Sequence record: MT188223.1
Source: Acinetobacter phage vB_AbaM_D22
Direction: 5' to 3' (one strand)
Length of the DNA: 32,000 nucleotides
Shown: piece by piece, positions 1-6,044 of the stretch
How positions within the stretch are numbered: position 1 is the stretch's first letter
Layout: every line of letters starts with the position of its first letter
Translations under genes and position numbers: made by a program
Notes under the pieces: generated by a model
The model's input: only the letters and a program-made list of their open reading frames with translations
Database searches by the model: none
What the model was told of the DNA's origin: nothing

Positions 1-30
1 TATTTTATTTAGATGTGCAAGAACTTCCCC

Positions 31-222
31 CTAAAGGAAGTCCATATAGCTAATACCTCTATAACTCATACCACAGTCAATGCTGCACATACACCAATCC
101 TTTTTCATCATCATATGTTGTGGGAGGAAGGTGAAGCAGTTTGCACACATAAACCACTCATCTTTAACCTCAAAAGTCTTCAGGTTGTATTTCTGGTACT
201 CCAACACATCCTGATAAGACAT
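31..222 (-). CDS. hypothetical small Cys-rich protein (63 aa if it starts at MSYQDV...)
   Basis: C-terminal part of track ORF 31..366. It overlaps the end of ORF 170..520 in another frame. Start choice is uncertain and no clear SD was seen. Confidence 0.3.
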   Translation of the reverse strand: MSYQDVLEYQKYNLKTFEVKDEWFMCANCFTFLPQHMMMKKDWCMCSIDCGMSYRGISYMDFL

Positions 223-520
223 CTGATACGGTATCAGTAATGGTTCCGTAATTATCGTCCACGGAAACATCAGGATGTTGGTTGTATTGATAATAGAATG
301 TAGAGTGGTATCCAAATATAGCTTGACGTACCATATCATCAATATGCCTTGCAACAAAGATTGCATTCTTAGCTTCTCCTCTAGTCATTCCACCTTTAAG
401 TTTAATCGGTTTAAGTTTTATCGGCTTTGGTGGTTTTCCACCGACAGGTGGTATGGCCTGAACTGAACCGTGCCTCCACACTTGCCAACCCCCACGGCTT
501 CGCCTAATTTTAAGACTCAT
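170..520 (-). CDS. hypothetical protein with a short PIKLK tandem repeat
   Basis: Track ORF 170..529. An internal ATG at 520 is preceded by GAGGTGGGAG about 5 nt upstream. It overlaps the stop of the upstream gene by 11 nt. Confidence 0.5.
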   Translation of the reverse strand: MSLKIRRSRGGWQVWRHGSVQAIPPVGGKPPKPIKLKPIKLKGGMTRGEAKNAIFVARHIDDMVRQAIFGYHSTFYYQYNQHPDVSVDDNYGTITDTVSDVLSGCVGVPEIQPEDF

Positions 521-908
521 TTCTCCCACCTCTCGTATTAATAAACTTCTGAATCACTCGACCATGGCAAGGATCACCAAGGTTACAGAAGCAATGTAAG
601 GTCAATGGAGCACTCTTGCTATGCAAGATCAGCTCACCAATCGCCTCGTATGCTTCAGGGCTTAATCTACGCTCCTTCAGATCACTCTCAAATCGCGCTA
701 CAGCCTCTTCTGGAGTGTCCACGTAGGTAACATCATATTTTGATGGTTTCGAGCTGTATGGATTCCCTAGAGGGCTTCCTCGGCCTATATACACGTCATT
801 TCCAACCATCCAGTAAGAAGCCTTGTTAAACTTCTCAATCATCCCATTATGAATTTTAGCCATACTGACTGGGTAAACTTCTGTCTCAAACAAAATTTCC
901 ATCCTCAT
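510..908 (-). CDS. DUF4326-like protein
   Basis: 132-aa ORF. The motifs YIGRGSPLGNPY ... CFC ... CHG resemble my recollection of DUF4326. The start could instead be at 902 or 863. Confidence 0.55.
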   Translation of the reverse strand: MRMEILFETEVYPVSMAKIHNGMIEKFNKASYWMVGNDVYIGRGSPLGNPYSSKPSKYDVTYVDTPEEAVARFESDLKERRLSPEAYEAIGELILHSKSAPLTLHCFCNLGDPCHGRVIQKFINTRGGRNES

Positions 909-1455
909 CTAAATCGTTTGTAATAAGCAGCATGTTCGTAAGTTTCTCATGGAGAGAACGTACACTACTTAAATCTAGGTCAATATCTAAACTTAAACCA
1001 GATCGGTTGTACCCAAGGCCAACTGAATCTTCTTCATAAGAAATATCAAATAACCCAGCTTGCTTTGTTCCACAATTCATTAAGTGATCTTTATACTGCT
1101 TTCGCATATCCTTAAGTTCATCGTATTGGTGCTCCACCCTCCAATTGGCCCAAGACTCATCAGTTAGTAGATGTCGAAGGAAGTCTGGATGGTGATCTTT
1201 CCATACACAATTATGTGTACATCCACTAGAAGCTTCACCAAACTCATGCTTCCAATCTTCATCAAGTTCAATTTCAACCTTACCATGTTCACTGAGACAT
1301 TCATAACAGAAGTAGCCTTGACAATCGCCACACTGATAATCCATACCACGGTTGATTACGTTATTGCATCCTTCCTGATCACAGTATGCTTCTACTGAAT
1401 ACCCAATGAATCGGTATTTACCTTCAAATTTAGACTGTCCAATACTGTATCCCAT
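886..1455 (-). CDS. hypothetical Cys/His-rich (putative zinc-binding) protein
   Basis: 189-aa ORF. A GGAGGT SD lies 6 nt upstream of the ATG. It has a CxxxxC...CxxCxxxxCxxC..H cluster. Confidence 0.7.
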   Translation of the reverse strand: MGYSIGQSKFEGKYRFIGYSVEAYCDQEGCNNVINRGMDYQCGDCQGYFCYECLSEHGKVEIELDEDWKHEFGEASSGCTHNCVWKDHHPDFLRHLLTDESWANWRVEHQYDELKDMRKQYKDHLMNCGTKQAGLFDISYEEDSVGLGYNRSGLSLDIDLDLSSVRSLHEKLTNMLLITNDLDEDGNFV

Positions 1456-1466
1456 TTCTTACCTCC

Positions 1467-1503
1467 AATAAAAAGACCTCACACATATTAATGCATGAGG
1501 CCT
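1467..1503 (-). terminator. rho-independent terminator-like hairpin after gene 1510..1977
   Basis: On the minus strand AGGCCTCA/TGAGGTCT forms an 8-bp stem (one G-U), followed by TTTTTATT. Confidence 0.45.
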
Positions 1504-1513
1504 TAGTTGTCAA
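1485..1513 (-). promoter_or_regulatory. sigma70-like promoter overlapping the hairpin
   Basis: Minus strand reads TTGACA (1513-1508), a 17-nt spacer, then TAATAT (1490-1485). It sits upstream of gene 886..1455. Confidence 0.4.
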
Positions 1514-1977
1514 TAACTATCTGAACTTGAGCTACAAGATGAGCTTGAATCATATGATCCTGAATCACTTGAGCTTGATGAGCTGCACGATCCCGAACTG
1601 TATGATGGCGTACTATCAAATGTACTCACAACGGCAGCTGTTGTTAATAGTGTAATAGCTGGATCAACTTGTGGTGTTGAAGGTAGTGTCACCTGTTTAG
1701 GTGGATTAGAATCACGCAACGGTAGTTTAGATGCTTCTAAATCACCAATCTTGATTCGATCTTTTGTTTGATCTGAACTAACCACATCAATCTTAGTTGT
1801 TGCAGCTGCAATCGCATTTGCTTGAGCACTGACAGTGCCTTCAAGAGCCGTAATTCGGTCAGTTGCAGCTTTTAACTGTAATCCAGATTTATTGTACTTC
1901 CGTTCTAACAACCAAACTACAACAGCAATAATAATTAATGAAATACCAATAATTGTAACACTTGTCATTGTACCCAT
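1510..1977 (-). CDS. membrane-anchored coiled-coil protein with a Ser/Cys-rich C-terminal tail
   Basis: 155-aa ORF with an AGAGG SD 6 nt upstream. It has an N-terminal hydrophobic helix (IIGISLIIIAVVVWLL) and the tail SSGSCSSSSSSDSGSYDSSSSCSSSSDSY. Confidence 0.7.
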   Translation of the reverse strand: MGTMTSVTIIGISLIIIAVVVWLLERKYNKSGLQLKAATDRITALEGTVSAQANAIAAATTKIDVVSSDQTKDRIKIGDLEASKLPLRDSNPPKQVTLPSTPQVDPAITLLTTAAVVSTFDSTPSYSSGSCSSSSSSDSGSYDSSSSCSSSSDSY

Positions 1978-2050
1978 AAATACCTCTTCAATTTAATAAA
2001 ATAATAAATTAAATATGTGGACCATACCACATACCAACCATAAAAACTCA

Positions 2051-2281
2051 TTAGAACTCCTCCCTAATGACAGCTGAATCTACACCAGATGCCGATAGGC
2101 CAGACCTTAAAGTCTTCAAGAAGTTTTCCACTTTAACAACAGCATCCTCTCTTGATAGGCCGTAGTCACTAGACTCTTGTCTATATATCTCTACACCACC
2201 TAACTCTACCCAGACCTGTACGTGTTGTCTCTTTTCTCCATGTGCTCTTGAGTTTCTTGTTTTTACCAAGAACTTAACCAT
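2051..2281 (-). CDS. hypothetical protein (76 aa)
   Basis: Track ORF 2051..2329. The internal ATG at 2281 is preceded by GGAGGTG 10 nt upstream, so it is the preferred start. Confidence 0.6.
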   Translation of the reverse strand: MVKFLVKTRNSRAHGEKRQHVQVWVELGGVEIYRQESSDYGLSREDAVVKVENFLKTLRSGLSASGVDSAVIREEF

Positions 2282-2412
2282 AATACAATTGCACCTCCAA
2301 GGACCAGCGAAGCTAGGTAAAAGTACCAAGCCTCACTAATGCTATCCTCATATAAATATTCAGACATTGCTTGATACAGGCATATCAGCACTACAACAAG
2401 CAAAGCTCCCAT
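2263..2412 (-). CDS. small hydrophobic (two-helix) membrane protein, 49 aa
   Basis: Not in the track (<60 aa). Translates as MGALLVVVLICLYQAMSEYLYEDSISEAWYFYLASLVLGGAIVLWLSSW. Its stop overlaps the start of the next gene. Confidence 0.45.
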   Translation of the reverse strand: MGALLVVVLICLYQAMSEYLYEDSISEAWYFYLASLVLGGAIVLWLSSW

Positions 2413-2413
2413 A

Positions 2414-2680
2414 TTATACTCGACTGTTCACCTTATAACGACCCTTACCAAACAGAGTATCACAAACCTCCTGAGCTTTCTCACGTGTTGTTGCTTTAAA
2501 GTACGTCATGAAGTCCATAGCATTTTTAATCCAGAATCCAGTTGGAGCTTCCACCAAATTGAAGTTCATAGGATTGTCAATGAAGACACGAGAACCACTT
2601 ACGTATACAACACCACCTTCGAGTAAAGCTTGTGAAATTTCTGCTTCTGTTGAATTTTTAGCCGATTTCTTAGTAGTCAT
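2414..2680 (-). CDS. hypothetical protein (88 aa)
   Basis: ORF with a GGAG SD 7 nt upstream of the ATG. Confidence 0.7.
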   Translation of the reverse strand: MTTKKSAKNSTEAEISQALLEGGVVYVSGSRVFIDNPMNFNLVEAPTGFWIKNAMDFMTYFKATTREKAQEVCDTLFGKGRYKVNSRV

Positions 2681-2709
2681 GATTTTCTCCAGTTGGTAAG
2701 TTGTATTAA

Positions 2710-3159
2710 TTACTTAGATTGAGTAGTCTTACGGGTAGACTTTACTTTAGATTTAGGAGCTTCTTCTCCTGTTCCACTACCTGACTCTGTAGTGATTCCA
2801 TCTGTATTTCCATTGTCTGTACCTTCAGTGTCAGACTGTCCACCTGATGAATTAGAATCTCCAACATTTCCTGTTGGTTCTTCGAAACCTTCGGACTTGG
2901 CTGATTTCCGATCTTCCTCACTATTTCCCGTGTTAGTGGTTTCGCTATTTCCATCACTACCGCTTTGACCAACTGACTGCTCACCAACTTCTCCTTCTTT
3001 CTTGATCATTGTAATCGTTAAACTACCAAAGTAATTATGACATTGTGATGGTACAGGTACATAACCTTTTAATGTTGCCTCATGGATCGATTGAACCATC
3101 ATTGCAATATTAGCACCAGTCATAGGTTGCACAATTACTAAAGGTTTGTTGTCACTCAT
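2710..3159 (-). CDS. hypothetical protein with a folded N-terminal domain and an acidic G/S/T/D/E-rich disordered tail
   Basis: 149-aa ORF with an AGGAG SD about 5 nt upstream. It is the first gene of the leftward operon. Confidence 0.7.
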   Translation of the reverse strand: MSDNKPLVIVQPMTGANIAMMVQSIHEATLKGYVPVPSQCHNYFGSLTITMIKKEGEVGEQSVGQSGSDGNSETTNTGNSEEDRKSAKSEGFEEPTGNVGDSNSSGGQSDTEGTDNGNTDGITTESGSGTGEEAPKSKVKSTRKTTQSK

Positions 3160-3191
3160 ATATTTCTCCTACTTACTAACTTTGAGGCTTC

Positions 3192-3219
3192 ATAATACCA
3201 GAATAAAAACAGATGTCAA
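3192..3219 (-). promoter_or_regulatory. leftward sigma70-like promoter (extended -10)
   Basis: Minus strand reads TTGACA (3219-3214), a 16-nt spacer ending in TGG, then TATTAT (3197-3192). It lies about 30 nt upstream of the SD of gene 2710..3159. Confidence 0.55.
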
Positions 3220-3278
3220 CAACTAAATTAAAATAATTTAATTTTCTTGCACAATTACAAAAGATAACAAATGATGAC

Positions 3279-3306
3279 TTGACAAATGAGAATTCTATGG
3301 TACTAT
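3279..3306 (+). promoter_or_regulatory. rightward sigma70-like promoter
   Basis: TTGACA (3279-3284), a 16-nt spacer, then TACTAT (3301-3306). No ORF follows for about 340 nt. Confidence 0.5.
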
Positions 3307-3528
3307 AGACATTAACAATCGATAGTTAAACATTCAAGAGTTATAATTATATACTTATTTATTATATAGTTGTTATCGTCATTATCTTTATTTAATATTG
3401 TATAGTTTACTATAGATAGTATATAATTTAATAGTTAAAGACAAGATGATAATAATTTAATATTATAAATAATTAAATATCTATTATTCAGCGAAGATAA
3501 TTAAATTAAAAATTTTATTAAATAGTTG

Positions 3529-3558
3529 TTGACAACATCATTAACATTACTTTACAAT
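3529..3558 (+). promoter_or_regulatory. possible tandem promoter
   Basis: TTGACA (3529-3534), an 18-nt spacer, then TACAAT (3553-3558). Confidence 0.35.
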
Positions 3559-3565
3559 AAAAGGC

Positions 3566-3593
3566 TTGACTTTTCGGAAAGTTGTGGTATAGT
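3566..3593 (+). promoter_or_regulatory. rightward sigma70-like promoter cassette (extended -10)
   Basis: TTGACT, a 16-nt spacer ending in TGG, then TATAGT. The upstream ACATTACTTTACAATAAA block is repeated at 3832-3849. Confidence 0.6.
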
Positions 3594-3655
3594 ATTATTC
3601 ATAGATCAGAGAAACACAACTTCTCTTTCCGCTGAATCAACCCAAGGAGCAATAC

Positions 3656-3829
3656 ATGAGATGTATTTGTTGTGATACTCCTTTAACATCTTTTGATGAT
3701 CCTGATATGTGCAAGATTTGCATCAAAGCAAGTGAGGATGAATCGACTAGATTCAAAGACCCTCAACATGCTTTAATCACTGATAAAGATTTTAGACGAA
3801 AGTATGGACCACGTAAACCTCAAAGATAG
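3656..3829 (+). CDS. small Cys-rich protein, 57 aa (CxCC...CxxC)
   Basis: Not in the track (<60 aa). AAGGAG SD 6-7 nt upstream. Translates as MRCICCDTPLTSFDDPDMCKICIKASEDE... and stops with TAG at 3827-3829. Confidence 0.55.
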   Translation: MRCICCDTPLTSFDDPDMCKICIKASEDESTRFKDPQHALITDKDFRRKYGPRKPQR

Positions 3830-3853
3830 TTACATTACTTTACAATAAAGTAG

Positions 3854-3881
3854 TTGACAAATCGAGAATCTGTGGTATAGT
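3854..3881 (+). promoter_or_regulatory. rightward sigma70-like promoter cassette in front of the tRNA island
   Basis: TTGACA, a 16-nt spacer ending in TGG, then TATAGT. It is nearly identical in architecture to 3566-3593. Confidence 0.6.
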
Positions 3882-3947
3882 ATTAGTATAGATTAAATTA
3901 TTTTGTAAATTTTATATTTACCTCCAATACTCAATAATAAGATATTT

Positions 3948-4036
3948 GGATTGTAGCGTCAAGGTGACAAAGTGGACTTGAAATCCATGCCATCGGTTAG
4001 TAGCCGTTGAAGGTTCGATTCCTTTACTCTCCTCCA
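3948..4036 (+). tRNA. tRNA-Ser(UGA)-like, long variable arm
   Basis: Anticodon arm GTGGA/CTTGAAA/TCCAT and T arm GAAGG/TTCGATT/CCTTT, ending in CCA. The acceptor stem has two internal mismatches (GGATTGT vs ACTCTCC). Confidence 0.5.
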
Positions 4037-4090
4037 GATTCTAAATCGATTTAATTATTTATTTTATTTAATTAAATCCATTTAGGATTT
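4036..4090. repeat. AT-rich imperfect inverted repeat (about 21-bp hairpin) between tRNAs
   Basis: CTAAATCGATTTAATTA (4041-4057) pairs with TAATTAAATCCATTTAG (4069-4085) with one C-C mismatch. Flanking pairs extend the stem. Confidence 0.7.
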
Positions 4091-4102
4091 CTAAAGTTCA
4101 AC

Positions 4103-4190
4103 GGTAGAAGAAATTCATAGGTTGTTTCGCTCCCTGCTAAGGAGATGGACTGCTAACGCGGTTGTGTTTCGATTACACCTTCTATCGCCA
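4103..4190 (+). tRNA. tRNA-Ser(GCU)-like
   Basis: Acceptor GGTAGAA/TTCTATC, G73, CCA. Loop CTGCTAA at the expected position and T arm GTGT/TTCGATT/ACAC. The D and variable arms pair weakly. Confidence 0.4.
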
Positions 4191-4302
4191 AGACATACTT
4201 CGGCTATTTCGCTACCGAAGGAGTTGGGATTTACTGGTACAGACTCTTAGGCAAACCAGTTTGGTAATTTAATTTTTAATTTATTTAATTATGAGGTGGT
4301 AT

Positions 4303-4542
4303 ATGTTGGGTTTTAATCCATGCTCAGATAAGATCGCAGCTAAGGCTGGTGATGTGTTTTCTGGCATGAAAGCTAAGATTAACAAGAGTATTGAAACTAT
4401 TCAATCTGGTATGAACAACCAAATTGGTCTTCTTGCAAAAGCTGAAGAAGAAGTGGCAAAACTTAAAAGTGGTATTGCAAAAGACGAAGCTAATATCAAA
4501 TTGCTTAAAGCTAAAAGTGATGCTTTAGATGCTTTGATTTAA
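4303..4542 (+). CDS. hypothetical coiled-coil protein (79 aa) inside the tRNA island
   Basis: Track ORF 4291..4542. The ATG at 4303 follows a GAGGTGG SD. The C-terminal half is heptad-like (AKAEEEVAKLKSGIAKDEANIKLLKAKSDALDALI). Confidence 0.55.
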   Translation: MLGFNPCSDKIAAKAGDVFSGMKAKINKSIETIQSGMNNQIGLLAKAEEEVAKLKSGIAKDEANIKLLKAKSDALDALI

Positions 4543-4610
4543 GTTAGTTGGTGGCGTGTTGGATGTTTAGAATAATGGAAGTTATTAGAAGTATTTAGCG
4601 TCACCTTGTT

Positions 4611-4687
4611 ACGCCATTAGCTCAGATGGATAGAGCATCTGCCTTCTAAGTAGATGGTCACAGGTTCGAATCCTGTATGGCGTACCA
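4611..4687 (+). tRNA. tRNA-Arg(UCU)
   Basis: Acceptor ACGCCAT/ATGGCGT, D arm GCTC..GAGC, anticodon arm TCTGC/CTTCTAA/GTAGA, T arm ACAGG/TTCGAAT/CCTGT, ACCA end. Confidence 0.88.
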
Positions 4688-4832
4688 ATTTTTTAAATCT
4701 AAATCAATACTTGTTGAGCGGTTGGAGAATCCTCTCGTTAAATGTATAAACTTCAGGATTTACTTATTGAGTGGTAAGGTACTCGAAAGCATAAATGTAT
4801 ATCTTACAGTATTGATTTAGATTTAAAAAATT
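4687..4832. repeat. perfect 25-bp inverted repeat enclosing a 96-nt insert, exactly filling the Arg-Phe spacer
   Basis: AATTTTTTAAATCTAAATCAATACT (4687-4711) is the exact reverse complement of 4808-4832. The interior has a direct 9-mer repeat AAATGTATA and no ORF. Confidence 0.85.
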
Positions 4833-4834
4833 AA

Positions 4835-4910
4835 GGGGCTGTAACTCAGTTGGCAGAGTGGTTGCCTGAAGAGCAACAGGTCAGTGGTTCGATTCCACTC
4901 AGCCCCACCA
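4835..4910 (+). tRNA. tRNA-Phe(GAA)
   Basis: Acceptor GGGGCTG/CAGCCCC, anticodon arm GTTGC/CTGAAGA/GCAAC, T arm GTGG/TTCGATT/CCAC, ACCA end. Confidence 0.9.
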
Positions 4911-4918
4911 AATATCAT

Positions 4919-4996
4919 AGTTCTGTAGCACATAGTGGTCTGTGCGCTTGGCTCATAACCAAGAGGATGCTGGTTCGACTCCAGTTAGAACTACCA
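4919..4996 (+). tRNA. tRNA with CAU anticodon (elongator Met or Ile2)
   Basis: Acceptor AGTTCTG/TAGAACT, anticodon arm CTTGG/CTCATAA/CCAAG, T arm GCTGG/TTCGACT/CCAGT, ACCA end. It lacks the initiator-type GGG/CCC anticodon stem. Confidence 0.85.
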
Positions 4997-5001
4997 AATA
5001 T

Positions 5002-5087
5002 GTATGCGTGACCCGAACTGGTAAGGGAGCAGACTGTAAATCTGTCGCCACAAGCAACTGTAGGTTCAAGTCCTACCGTATACACCA
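5002..5087 (+). tRNA. tRNA-Tyr(GUA), class II
   Basis: Acceptor GTATGCG/CGTATAC, anticodon arm GCAGA/CTGTAAA/TCTGT, long variable arm, T arm GTAGG/TTCAAGT/CCTAC, ACCA end. Confidence 0.88.
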
Positions 5088-5093
5088 AACAAT

Positions 5094-5168
5094 GGTCGAT
5101 TAGCTCAGAGGTAGAGCAGTAGCCCGATAAGCTATTGGTCGCTGGTTCAAATCCAGCATCGACTACCA
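5094..5168 (+). tRNA. tRNA-Ile(GAU)
   Basis: Acceptor GGTCGAT/ATCGACT, D arm GCTC..GAGC, anticodon arm GTAGC/CCGATAA/GCTAT, T arm GCTGG/TTCAAAT/CCAGC, ACCA end. Confidence 0.88.
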
Positions 5169-5179
5169 AACAATCTCCC

Positions 5180-5324
5180 GATTGGGTTCGATTCCCGATC
5201 GCAACACGCTTTGAAAGTTTGAATATTCATGATAAGTTCAAATGAGTAGATGGGTTGTGTAAGTTGAAGTTAAGGGCGAGGTGGCCTGTTTCTTCAATGA
5301 GAAGGTTCGAATCCTTTGGAGGCC
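5180..5324 (+). pseudogene. tRNA-like fragments (T-arm minihelices without complete cloverleaves)
   Basis: 5180-5200 forms GATTGGG/TTCGATT/CCCGATC, a 7-bp stem with a T-loop. 5283-5324 is closed by GGCCT...AGGCC around the T arm GAAGG/TTCGAAT/CCTTT. No matching 5' acceptor, D arm or anticodon arm was found. Confidence 0.4.
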
Positions 5325-5332
5325 AATTTTAT

Positions 5333-5411
5333 TGCCACGAATCCGAGCAAGGTGCATGGACCAGACTGTTAATCTGAGGTTAGATGGGTTCGATTCCCAT
5401 AGTGGTAGCCA
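5333..5411 (+). tRNA. tRNA-Asn(GUU)
   Basis: U1-A72 and G73 as in bacterial Asn. D arm TCCG..TGGA, loop CTGTTAA, T arm ATGGG/TTCGATT/CCCAT, GCCA end. There is one acceptor mismatch and one anticodon-stem mismatch. Confidence 0.7.
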
Positions 5412-5752
5412 AACAAGTAGTGTGTACTTCTTCCCTCCATTTATGGAGTTCTAGTCGGCACACAGGCAGTGAGTATAGATACTTGAGATAAACAGTAGTT
5501 CTCTCATTTAATCGTTTCGAAAGATTCTTACTGTGACAGTTTTGATGCAAAGTGGTTTTCTTTAAAACAGGCTTAGACATATTACAGGTGCAGTAGTGGT
5601 GATTTAATTCACAAGACTCCAAGCCATGCGCCTTGGTAGTTACGGACTGTTGATTGATGTCAGGTATATGTGATAGCTGAGGCTTGAATAGTATCATCAA
5701 CGGCTTTGAGGGATAGTGATCATAATACTCATTGCTTAAACAACCTGAATTA
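5412..5752 (+). ncRNA. candidate structured non-coding RNA (ORF-free 341-nt spacer inside the tRNA transcription unit)
   Basis: No plus-strand ORF of useful length. The minus ORF 5380..5700 lacks an SD and overlaps tRNA-Asn. Several local hairpins are present (CTCCA/TGGAG, CCAAG/CTTGG). No family was recognised. Confidence 0.3.
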
Positions 5753-5829
5753 CGGTGTGTTTCGAGAAAGGGTAATCGACTGCCTTTGGAGCGCAGAATA
5801 TGTAGGTTCGAGTCCTACCGCACCGACCA
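5753..5829 (+). tRNA. tRNA-Pro(UGG)
   Basis: C1-G72 with A73, typical of bacterial Pro. Acceptor CGGTGTG/CGCACCG, D arm TCGA..TCGA, loop TTTGGAG, T arm GTAGG/TTCGAGT/CCTAC, CCA end. Confidence 0.85.
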
Positions 5830-5967
5830 AATTTAAAGACATGACCATGTGTTGAGTGAGTGGTATCCCTTAGTGGAGAGAAGCCAATCTGGTCAGTGGA
5901 AAGGTAATCGCCATGAAGGATTAACTACTCTGGTGAAAATACATGTTAGAGTAACCAGCAAGATTCT
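5830..5967 (+). ncRNA. candidate non-coding spacer RNA (138 nt)
   Basis: ORF-free spacer between tRNA-Pro and tRNA-Asp. A possible long-range CTGGT...ACCAG pairing is present. Confidence 0.2.
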
Positions 5968-6044
5968 GACTCATTAGCTCAATCGGCTAGAGCGCCACAC
6001 TGTCACTGTGGAGGTAAGGAGATCGAAACTCCTATGGGTCGCCA
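5968..6044 (+). tRNA. tRNA-Asp(GUC)
   Basis: Acceptor GACTCAT/ATGGGTC, D arm GCTC..GAGC, anticodon arm CCACA/CTGTCAC/TGTGG, T arm AGGAG/ATCGAAA/CTCCT, GCCA end. Confidence 0.85.

Noticed and set aside
31-529. The overlapping minus-strand ORFs 170..529 and 31..366 could be a frameshifted or fused single gene.
   Set aside because: No slippery motif or obvious homology links the two frames, and I cannot tell from sequence alone which C-terminus is real. They are reported as two low-confidence CDSs instead.
1164-1398. The nested ORFs 1164..1349(-) and 1171..1398(+) lie inside gene 886..1455. The similar nested ORFs 2508..2699(+) and 2742..2987(-) lie inside neighbouring genes.
   Set aside because: They are fully contained within longer ORFs that have good SD sequences. 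They have no start signals of their own.
5169-5332. I tried to assemble a full tRNA (for example Leu, Val or Ala) from the T-arm-containing sequence between tRNA-Ile and tRNA-Asn.
   Set aside because: No 5' acceptor strand complementary to GGAGGCC or TCGCAAC was found, and no 5+7+5 anticodon arm at a compatible distance. Only minihelix-like pieces can be drawn, so these are reported as fragments.
4915-5700. Track ORFs 4915..5169(-) and 5380..5700(-), plus 7269..7469(+), could be protein genes.
   Set aside because: They run through well-folded tRNA genes (Met, Tyr, Ile, Asn, Gly-like, Glu). They lack ribosome-binding sites. Their translations look like random read-through of structured RNA sequence.
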